A DNA stretch of 64,000 nucleotides, from assembly GCA_965371805.1 (NCBI GenBank), contig CBDUZW010000004.1:12592-76591 (forward strand), in the 5' to 3' direction. A program made the position numbers and the translations under genes. The notes under the pieces are model-generated. The model saw only the letters and a list, made by a program, of their open reading frames with translations. It made no database searches and was not told the origin of the DNA. Shown piece after piece: positions 19,916-27,592 of this stretch; position 1 is the stretch's first letter, and each line of letters opens with the position of its first letter. Source of the stretch: an uncultured bacterium (GTDB taxonomy: Bacteria > Acidobacteriota > Aminicenantia > UBA2199).

Positions 19916-20851
19916 ATGAATGAAACTTTTATCCAAAAACTTTTCGATGTTTTCTCAATTAGAAACAAGCAAAATAATCAAACGGAAATAAAAAAATTTC
20001 TAATTCCACAAACATTAAGAAGTCGAGTTTTGATGAGATGTAAAGACGTTTTTCCTGACAGGCTTTTTAAAACATTTCTTGAAGAAATTAATAAATTTTT
20101 ACTTTATAAGTTAGGATCTATCACTCTAACGGAACATGAAGATATTTATTTTGAAAGAAGTGAAGAAACTATAGACTATTTAGGAAAATGTTCAGGAGAA
20201 GATTTTCTGGATTTTATAGAATATATTTTTCGAGTAGATAGTTTTAATCATTTAAAACTTAATCGTTTTGAATTTGTAAAAGAATTAAACAGTTTTTTGG
20301 AAATGGATGATTTACCCTATCATATTACAGATTTTGTTACAAAAAAAAGGGAAATGAAAATTTCAGGAAAGATCATTCCATTCACTGAAACTATTTCAGG
20401 TCCCAAAGTAATAATGAAGGAAAGTCAATTGGTCCACTCACAGATTATTGCTCCGGCTTTACAGTTCTTAAAACATCCAGATTATTTAAATGCTAACAAT
20501 GAGTTTTTAGAAGCTTTGGAAGATTATAGAAAAGATGACTATAAAGATTGTTTAACTAAATGTTGCAGTTCATTTGAAAGTGTTATGAAAATTATATGTC
20601 AGAATAAAGGATGGACATATGAGCAAAAAAACACGGCAAAACCATTAGTAGATATTATAATTAAAAATACAGACTTAGAGCCTTTCTTTGAACAAACCTT
20701 AATAATTGTTGCAATATTAAGAAACAAATTAAGCAGTGTTCATGGTGATGGAGTGATTACAAAGGAAATCTCACCTCAGATTGCTGAATATGCAATCAAT
20801 ATGACGGCGTCCTCAATGTTAATGCTTTTGAAACAATCAGGAGAATTGTAG
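19916..20851 (+). CDS. Abortive-infection family protein (AbiJ-N / Abi_C, STM4504/CBY_0614-like)
   Basis: FLDFIEYIF, IIAPALQFL, ANNEFLEALEDYR, CCSSFESVMKIIC, LRNKLSSVHG (HEPN-like R...H). Confidence 0.75.
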   Translation: MNETFIQKLFDVFSIRNKQNNQTEIKKFLIPQTLRSRVLMRCKDVFPDRLFKTFLEEINKFLLYKLGSITLTEHEDIYFERSEETIDYLGKCSGEDFLDFIEYIFRVDSFNHLKLNRFEFVKELNSFLEMDDLPYHITDFVTKKREMKISGKIIPFTETISGPKVIMKESQLVHSQIIAPALQFLKHPDYLNANNEFLEALEDYRKDDYKDCLTKCCSSFESVMKIICQNKGWTYEQKNTAKPLVDIIIKNTDLEPFFEQTLIIVAILRNKLSSVHGDGVITKEISPQIAEYAINMTASSMLMLLKQSGEL

Positions 20852-20867
20852 TTGCCCTGGTTAATAC

Positions 20868-20906
20868 GGATAGGCTTATGAAAGAAATAGATGAAATAGA
20901 ATTTAT
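20868..20906 (+). repeat. Inter-gene repeat R3
   Basis: GGATAGGCTTATGAAAGAAATAGATGAAATAGAATTTAT; 36/39 identical to R2. Confidence 0.9.
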
Positions 20907-20955
20907 TAAAAAGTGCCTGACACTTTTCCCTGAAAAAATAAAAAATTTACTTTAT

Positions 20956-21010
20956 AAAAAAAACAGTATAACACCTTAACAGGTGTAACATCTCTCAATG
21001 TACTATGTTT
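20956..21010 (-). terminator. Probable intrinsic terminator of the minus-strand small-ORF transcript
   Basis: ACACCT-TAAC-AGGTGT hairpin within a larger stem, followed on the minus strand by a T run. Confidence 0.55.
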
Positions 21011-21047
21011 CCCGTTTCGTGAGCTGATCTAATGAGGTTGCTCCTTG

Positions 21048-21203
21048 TTAAAAATTCATGACTTTGGGCAGCGTCCTAGTAGTGCTAAATGGTGGGTGTA
21101 CCATTGATGAAAATAAAAAAATTAGCCCATGAACAACTACCAGGAATGCATTTACAGGTTTAAAAACCTTCTTTGAAGCATCTGAATTATTTAATCTTGT
21201 CAT
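21048..21203 (-). CDS. 51-aa small hydrophobic protein (type I toxin-like candidate)
   Basis: AAGGAGGAGG SD 5 nt before ATG; hydrophobic AFLVVVHGLIFLFSSMV; upstream TTGAAA-17-CATAAT promoter. Confidence 0.5.
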   Translation of the reverse strand: MTRLNNSDASKKVFKPVNAFLVVVHGLIFLFSSMVHPPFSTTRTLPKVMNF

Positions 21204-21330
21204 TACTACCTCCTCCTTCGTCATGTTCGAAGGTTTTTCTTTAGATTGCACTAACATAAGACACTGCCTCAGAACGTTGCGCGCTCCCCAAAATCTAGAA
21301 TTTTATTTACCTCTTTCTATCTTCCAATAT

Positions 21331-21359
21331 ATTATGTTATAACTCTTAAAACTTTTCAA
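21331..21359 (-). promoter_or_regulatory. Sigma70-type promoter for the small ORF
   Basis: TTGAAA-17 nt-CATAAT on the minus strand. Confidence 0.5.
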
Positions 21360-21387
21360 CCTCATTTGCCAACTGTCACATATAAAT

Positions 21388-21417
21388 TTGCAATTTAAAA
21401 ATATTCGGTTTTATAAT
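21388..21417 (+). promoter_or_regulatory. Second copy of the island promoter
   Basis: TTGCAA-18 nt-TATAAT with the same trailing TTTATCTATC as 15968-16006. Confidence 0.65.
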
Positions 21418-21539
21418 TTTATCTATCTAAAAAAAATAAAATTTTCAAGTAACAAAAGGTGCATTATTGGTCTGTCAGTATTTGCAAAAGATTAAACAAA
21501 GATATAATTTTGAAACAAAATATTATAGAGGATGATGAC

Positions 21540-21770
21540 ATGAGAGATTTTACCGACATTTCTACTATCATTGCTAGTATCGCAACACTTATAACTCCTT
21601 TGATTGTTTTATTCACACTTCTTGAAATGAAAAAACAACGCAAAAGTGCCCTTCAACCAGATGTAGTTGTAAGAAACCCAGCAAAGAACATTCGTTTTTG
21701 GTGGGGAGTGATAATATATCAATCAACAATTTCGAAATTATTGATGCGCATCTTGAGAAAAAATCAATAA
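21540..21770 (+). pseudogene. Truncated or frameshifted membrane-anchored hypothetical gene
   Basis: N-terminal TM helix then LLEMKKQRKSALQPDVVV; short and ending just before the duplicated M1 fragment. Confidence 0.5.
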
Positions 21771-21815
21771 TTTCATACAAAAAGTATTTTTGTGGACTGG
21801 CACATTATACTCAAT

Positions 21816-22094
21816 ATGTTGCTTGAAGTGTTTCGTTAATCCTGATATTATGTTTTTGCACAGAAGGTGATCATGAAAACAATTATTTTATTATTTATGT
21901 TCTTTACAACATTTATTTCAGCAGAGGATTTATATATGCCGATTAATATCCAAAAGGGGTATATAAATAAGACAAGATCTGAATCAGGAAAGCCTGGTTT
22001 GAAATATTGGCAAAATCAGGCAAATTATAAGATAAACATCAACTTTGATCCATATACATCTGTTTTAAAAGGAAATGAGATCAAATTGATATAA
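21816..22094 (+). pseudogene. Duplicated 5' fragment of the M1 peptidase gene (direct repeat copy 2)
   Basis: Translation nearly identical to the first ~70 aa of 12415-14289, then an abrupt stop. Confidence 0.93.
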
Positions 22095-22207
22095 AATTTA
22101 CTGGGATTTGGAAACAAACCATTTATAAACTTTTTTTCCTCCTAAAACAACCATTTTTTTTGAATTTAAATATTAATGATTAAATTTCTTTACATATTGT
22201 TTTTTTT

Positions 22208-23254
22208 ATGAAAAAATTTAATATGATAAGCAATGACAAAAAAAAGGACTTGAAAACCAGTCCCCCAAACATTCACAAAAAAGTATTATTAAAAGTTTTT
22301 ATAGGAATTAGTCTTTTTATCCCGTTTGTAATTTACCTGTTTGAATTCCATGGTTCTATTTCAGCAAACCATGTTAGATGGGCTGAATTTGGTTCTTATC
22401 TTGGAGGGATATACAGTACATTTGCCTTTCTTATCCTTGCATACACAACAAATATTACTAGAAAACAATTTAAGACTCAAAATGAAGATAATATATTCTT
22501 TAAACTATATGATTCTCTTCAAAAACGAATACTTAATAACTCAATAAAATCCAATAATATAACAGAACATTTAGCACATCAAACCTTAAAAATAATGGCC
22601 GAGAAATTCTATAAAAACCTTGAAGAGCAAACTATAGATGTTGCAAAAAGATTATTATGCGAAACACCGGATGATATTTCCAACTTACACTTTACTAAAA
22701 TATTTGAAGCAACAAAAAACAATCAATCTCATAGTGACGTCTCTGAATATAAACGTGAATTTATAAAAAACATCAATAGTCAAACAGATTTTGCATCCAA
22801 ATGGGAAACTCTAAAACATTACATAGGTACAAATGACTCTATGTCTGAAAATCTTCGAATAGCTCTCAAACATACCGGAAGTGTTAATTTCTACAAAATA
22901 CCTTTCTTTAAACGTCAACAATGTTATAAAAGAGCAGTAGAAAATTTATCTTATGAATATGGGGAGTTTCTAGATGGTTACTTCAAAAGCATTCGCTACC
23001 TGATAGAATTTGCAGATAATTCAGCAAATAGAACGCTATATATAAAGTTTATAAAATCCCAACTATCCAAATATGAATTAATAATAATATTTTACTTATT
23101 TGCTGGACTTGAGAATGATTCAATAAACAAGAATAAGTTTCACAATTCAGGAATATTAGACGGACTACTGACAATGGATTGCCAATTATTAATACTTGAT
23201 ACCCCATCTATAGAAACACTGAGAATTGAAATAAATAATATATTCAATGAGTAA
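22208..23254 (+). CDS. Putative phage abortive-infection protein (putAbiC-like, two N-terminal TM helices)
   Basis: WAEFGSYLGG, QNEDNIFFKL, LDGYFKSI...YIKFIKSQLSKYELIIIFY pattern. Confidence 0.7.
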   Translation: MKKFNMISNDKKKDLKTSPPNIHKKVLLKVFIGISLFIPFVIYLFEFHGSISANHVRWAEFGSYLGGIYSTFAFLILAYTTNITRKQFKTQNEDNIFFKLYDSLQKRILNNSIKSNNITEHLAHQTLKIMAEKFYKNLEEQTIDVAKRLLCETPDDISNLHFTKIFEATKNNQSHSDVSEYKREFIKNINSQTDFASKWETLKHYIGTNDSMSENLRIALKHTGSVNFYKIPFFKRQQCYKRAVENLSYEYGEFLDGYFKSIRYLIEFADNSANRTLYIKFIKSQLSKYELIIIFYLFAGLENDSINKNKFHNSGILDGLLTMDCQLLILDTPSIETLRIEINNIFNE

Positions 23255-23447
23255 TTTACCTATATGTGCAAGTCAACATTCTAGTCATAAATGAAGGGGA
23301 GGGGGATAACTTTTGGGAAAAAAGTGCAGTAATTCGACATTCACTCTTGCAAATGTCTAAAAAATGGCGTTTGGCATTCACTATTTATTACATATAATGA
23401 AACAAAATGGCGAGATTTGGCTATGTTTTTTTTGCAATTAGCTCTCT

Positions 23448-23861
23448 TTAATATGTTTTTTCTTTAAAATACTCAAGAAATTCTGATGGTGAAAAAATAC
23501 GATAAGTATCTGCCTGATTTATTGGAAAGTGTTTTAGGTTTCCTGTAACCAATGCCTCTACTTTTCCGGAAATGGCCACTTCAATGAAGGGCTTATCATC
23601 AGGGTCAGGAAGATTTTTATTGGTGGGGATGCTTGAAACAAATTGACCGTTCTGTTCGATTAATTCTATAAATATATTGATTTGTTCTTTGTTAAATTTA
23701 AATTTTTTTCTATTTAGAACCTCTCTGTATTCTGACAATATTCGTGCGTCTATATAAATTATTAGTTCTTCAATAGCAAGCATTCTAACAATTTCTCCAC
23801 ATGGTCCATATGGGTTTAGTAATCCGGATACAAGGACATTAGTATCTAAAACAACTTTCAT
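23448..23861 (-). CDS. PIN-domain toxin
   Basis: VVLDTNVLVS, DPDDKPF, LVTGNLKHF. Confidence 0.92.
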   Translation of the reverse strand: MKVVLDTNVLVSGLLNPYGPCGEIVRMLAIEELIIYIDARILSEYREVLNRKKFKFNKEQINIFIELIEQNGQFVSSIPTNKNLPDPDDKPFIEVAISGKVEALVTGNLKHFPINQADTYRIFSPSEFLEYFKEKTY

Positions 23862-23863
23862 TA

Positions 23864-24145
23864 TTATCTATTTGCCCGTACAGAATGTATCTCTGAATCG
23901 ATTTCATCCATTGTGATTTTATCTGTCCCTCTTTTTACTGATTCATATTGAAGTGAGGCGACAGCATTTGAAGACCGAACTCTGCGCAAGTCTTTTAGTG
24001 TCTGCTCCAAATTATTTTCATCTATGGATGATAGAATAGCTATTGGTCTCCCATTATTTGTAATGATCAGCTCTTTTTGCTCGGATAGTCCTTCCCAGAT
24101 CTGTGATGACTTGGTCTTTAAATCCCTTACGCTTATAAATTTCAT
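23864..24145 (-). CDS. Phd/YefM family antitoxin
   Basis: ISVRDLK...IITNNGRPIAIL; directly upstream of the PIN toxin. Confidence 0.9.
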   Translation of the reverse strand: MKFISVRDLKTKSSQIWEGLSEQKELIITNNGRPIAILSSIDENNLEQTLKDLRRVRSSNAVASLQYESVKRGTDKITMDEIDSEIHSVRANR

Positions 24146-24206
24146 AACCTTATCTCCCTGTGTGATACATTAAAGTGCTGTTTTGCGCATGATACTGTCA
24201 CACTTA

Positions 24207-24260
24207 TGAGTCACATATGTTACTCAATATAATAATAGTATAAAAATATTCTTTTTTCAA
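24207..24260 (-). promoter_or_regulatory. TA operon promoter and palindromic operator
   Basis: TTGAAA-17-TATTAT (24260-24232) followed by TGAGTCACATATGTTACTCA palindrome with one mismatch (24207-24226). Confidence 0.65.
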
Positions 24261-24281
24261 TATTTTATTTTAGAAACTTTT

Positions 24282-24456
24282 ACCTAAAGTTTTCATTAAA
24301 ATCGTGGCGAAATGCTCAAGATGCTTGCAATAACAAGTTAAGCGATTGAGTCAAATGAAGAATAGTTATACTATTTTGAAATGAAGACGAGTGAGCTTAA
24401 CACAGTTAGAATGAGTATCTTGGGGATTGCAGTAGGTTTTGATGAAAGATTTAGGT
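24282..24456. repeat. Long imperfect palindrome (MITE/ERIC-like element)
   Basis: Nested arms ACCTAAA/TTTAGGT, TTTCATTAAAATC/GGTTTTGATGAAA, CTCAAGATGCTT/GAGTATCTTGGG, GTTAAGC/GCTTAAC, AATAG/CTATT. Confidence 0.7.
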
Positions 24457-24516
24457 TTTATTTGTTTTTGGCAAGACTTTTGTTATATGGTAAAATTAAT
24501 TATTAAGGAGTTAGAT

Positions 24517-25869
24517 GTGAAAAACTTATTTTATTCAACAAATGGTAAAGCAGAAAAGGTAGATTTTGAAGGCGCCTTATTTAAGGGGCTGGCACCGGAC
24601 GGAGGTCTGTATATGCCGGATACTATTCCTGTTATTCCAATGGAAGTAATTGAATCATTTAAAGACATGAAATATCATGAGATTGCATATTCTGTTATGA
24701 GATATTTCTTAGTGGATCTTGTTGATGACAAATCTTTAAAAGCGATGACAGAAGATGCATATGATTTTGATGTACCACTTGAAAATGTTTATGACAGAAA
24801 ATATATTATGAGGCTTGATCAGGGACCAACTGCCTCATTTAAAGATTTTGCCGCAAGAATGATGGCAAGGTTGATGCAGTATTTCATTCAGAAAAAGAAA
24901 AGAGACCTATTGATACTTGTTGCAACTTCAGGAGATACCGGCAGTGCAATTGCGAATGCAAACTTTGAGCTTGATAATATTAACGTATGTGTCCTCTTTC
25001 CAGAAGAAGAGGTTTCTGATAGACAGAGAAAGCAAATGACGACACTTAAAAAGAATATCTCTGCTATCGCAATTGATGGAAAATTTGATGATTGTCAAGC
25101 TCTGGTAAAAATGGCTTTTAGATCAGATGAGTTGACGGATCTTAATCTTTCATCTGCCAATTCAATAAATTTTGGAAGGCTCCTACCTCAGACTGTCTAT
25201 TATTTTTATGCCTATGCCAAACTCAAAAAAAGAGATGAAAAGATGGTTGTATCTATCCCATCCGGAAATTTTGGAGACATGATGGGGGCGGTAATTGCAA
25301 AAAAAATGGGTTTACCTATTGAAAAATTAATTATCTCCACAAATGCGAATGATGCATTTCCCAAATTTTTAGAAACCGGGAATTATAAAAAAAATGATCC
25401 ATCGATATCATGTATATCAAATGCAATGAATGTCGGACATCCAAGTAATCTTTCAAGGCTTGTTGCTTTGTATGGAGGTAATATGGATGAAAATGGGACT
25501 ATTATTAAATCACCGGATATGGAATTGATGAGAGAAGAAATATACTCAATCAGTGTTGATGATCAAACAACCCGGGAAACTATTAAATCTGTTTATGAAA
25601 AACATAAGGTTGTAATAGAGCCGCATGGAGCTGTTGGATGGAAAGGACTCGAAACTTATCTTGATATTAAAGATGATGAAGAGAAGCTCTATGTTTCAGT
25701 TGAAACAGCTCACCCTGCAAAATTCCCCGATGAGATTAAAGAGGCAATTTCTATTGATCCAGAATTACCGGAGTCACTCCAGGGATTGGAAGAGAGGTCT
25801 GAAGAGTTTGATAAAATGACTCCAACTTTTGAGAATTTTAAATTCTATTTAAAAAGAAAGTTCCAATAG
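24517..25869 (+). CDS. thrC: Threonine synthase
   Basis: GLAPDGGLYMP, GPTASFKDF, ATSGDTGSA, SANSINFGRL, PSGNFG, ETAHPAKF; GTG start behind AAGGAG. Confidence 0.95.
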   Translation: MKNLFYSTNGKAEKVDFEGALFKGLAPDGGLYMPDTIPVIPMEVIESFKDMKYHEIAYSVMRYFLVDLVDDKSLKAMTEDAYDFDVPLENVYDRKYIMRLDQGPTASFKDFAARMMARLMQYFIQKKKRDLLILVATSGDTGSAIANANFELDNINVCVLFPEEEVSDRQRKQMTTLKKNISAIAIDGKFDDCQALVKMAFRSDELTDLNLSSANSINFGRLLPQTVYYFYAYAKLKKRDEKMVVSIPSGNFGDMMGAVIAKKMGLPIEKLIISTNANDAFPKFLETGNYKKNDPSISCISNAMNVGHPSNLSRLVALYGGNMDENGTIIKSPDMELMREEIYSISVDDQTTRETIKSVYEKHKVVIEPHGAVGWKGLETYLDIKDDEEKLYVSVETAHPAKFPDEIKEAISIDPELPESLQGLEERSEEFDKMTPTFENFKFYLKRKFQ

Positions 25870-25877
25870 GTGAAAAA

Positions 25878-27083
25878 ATGAAATATTTAATAATTTTAGG
25901 TGATGGAATGGCCGATAGGCCTATTGCTAAACTTGGAGACAAAACTCCCTTGATGGTTGCCAATAAACCAAATATTGATAATCTTGCAGAAATAGGTCAA
26001 AATGGATTTCTTAATACGATCCCGGATGATATGCCAACGGGTAGTGCTGTTGCAAATCTAAGTGTTATGGGCTATGATCCAAAAAAATATTTCAGTGGAA
26101 GGGGTGTACTCGAAGCAGCGAATATGGGAGTAAAACTTGAAGCAAATGATCTTGCTTTTAGATGTAACTTACTAACACTTGATAATGATGCAATAAAAAA
26201 TCACTCTGCGGGTCATATTTCTACTGAGGAAGCAAAAATACTAATTGAGACTCTTAATGAAAAATTAGGGACAGATAAAATAAGATTTTATCCTGGAATA
26301 AGCTTCAAGCATCTTCTTGTTATAAAAAATGGAAGTGAAAAAATTGAATGTTTTCCGCCACATGATTATCCTAATACTGATTTTAATGAAATACTGGCAA
26401 AACCTATTGATAATGCCGGGAAAGAAACTTCTCGATTAATAAATGAATTAATAGTAAAATCCCAGGATATTTTAAAGGATCATCCTGTTAATAAAAAAAG
26501 GGAAGAAGAAGGTAAAGATCCGGCGAATTCAATATGGCCCTGGTCTCCCGGGAAAAAACCTTTAATGCCATCTTTTAAAGAACTCTATGGTCTAAATGGA
26601 GCTGTTATATCTGCTGTTGATCTGATTAATGGTATAGGTGTCTATGCAGGTATGGAGATAATCAACGTAGAGGGTGCAACCGGTTTATATGATACTAATT
26701 ATGAAGGAAAAGCAGAGGCTGCTATTGAAACATTGAAAGATCATGACTTTTTGTATCTTCATATTGAGGCAACAGATGAGGCGGGGCATGAAGGAAATAT
26801 TGATTTAAAAATAAAATGTATTGAATATCTAGACAATAGAGTAGTTAAATATATTTTGGAAAATAAGGATAAAATTGGCGATGAAGTGACTATTGCTGTA
26901 TTACCCGATCACCCGACACCCGCAGAAATGCGAATTCATACCCGGGAAGCAGTTCCTTTTATTATCTATAGTCCTGATTCAGAACCAGATCAGGTAAAAA
27001 AATACGATGAAGAATCAGCAAAAAAAGGAGTTTATAAAACTCTAAATGGAATAGAATTCATGAAAGAGTTTTTGTCAAAATAG
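25878..27083 (+). CDS. ApgM-like cofactor-independent phosphoglycerate mutase family protein (proposed homoserine kinase)
   Basis: GDGMAD, GRGVLEA, DEAGHEG, PDHPTP; operonic with thrC. Confidence 0.85.
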   Translation: MKYLIILGDGMADRPIAKLGDKTPLMVANKPNIDNLAEIGQNGFLNTIPDDMPTGSAVANLSVMGYDPKKYFSGRGVLEAANMGVKLEANDLAFRCNLLTLDNDAIKNHSAGHISTEEAKILIETLNEKLGTDKIRFYPGISFKHLLVIKNGSEKIECFPPHDYPNTDFNEILAKPIDNAGKETSRLINELIVKSQDILKDHPVNKKREEEGKDPANSIWPWSPGKKPLMPSFKELYGLNGAVISAVDLINGIGVYAGMEIINVEGATGLYDTNYEGKAEAAIETLKDHDFLYLHIEATDEAGHEGNIDLKIKCIEYLDNRVVKYILENKDKIGDEVTIAVLPDHPTPAEMRIHTREAVPFIIYSPDSEPDQVKKYDEESAKKGVYKTLNGIEFMKEFLSK

Positions 27084-27119
27084 AGAGTGATTGTTTCTTG
27101 AGAAGAAAGGAGAAGAATA

Positions 27120-27578
27120 ATGGATTATAAGGTAATTGTATTTGTTATCGCAGGAATTGCAGCTGGATGGATGGTTGGATATATAAAATCCTTATTTAAG
27201 CTGAGAAAATATAAAAAAGAAATTAAAGAGTTAAATGGACATTTAAACCGGCAAATGAAAATTATTGATGAGGGTAGTAAAGGAATAGAAAAAGAATTAC
27301 AAAAGTCAAAAAAAAAAAATGAAAATTTAACTGAGACAGTTAACACTCTTAAGCAAAAACCCGGACGAGCGGAACTTAGGCTTCTAAATATATATGATTT
27401 AGCTCTAAAGAAGATGAAACTAAATGCTCCTGGTTTTTTTTCTGCATGGGAGGCAACTTTTAAGGATGCAGAAATTGAGTATGAAGGAAAAGAGACTGGA
27501 TCTGAAGCAATCAAAAAAAAAATACTAAGCCCCGGCCTTTCAAATAATTCATCTGCTCTTGGACAAAAAACGGATTAA
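27120..27578 (+). CDS. Membrane-anchored coiled-coil hypothetical protein
   Basis: AAGGAG RBS, N-terminal TM helix, charged coiled coil. Confidence 0.7.
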   Translation: MDYKVIVFVIAGIAAGWMVGYIKSLFKLRKYKKEIKELNGHLNRQMKIIDEGSKGIEKELQKSKKKNENLTETVNTLKQKPGRAELRLLNIYDLALKKMKLNAPGFFSAWEATFKDAEIEYEGKETGSEAIKKKILSPGLSNNSSALGQKTD

Positions 27579-27592
27579 CCTGGTTGAAGTTT

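Noticed and set aside
19036-20906. R1-R3 as a CRISPR array or integron attC sites
   Set aside because: Intervals are whole genes of 0.8-1 kb; the repeats are not palindromic, lack RYYYAAC/GTTRRRY ends and vary in a codon-like way; no cas or intI in the window
12358-22079. M1 duplication as a DGR TR/VR pair or prophage att sites
   Set aside because: Mismatches are not adenine-specific; no RT, integrase or phage genes
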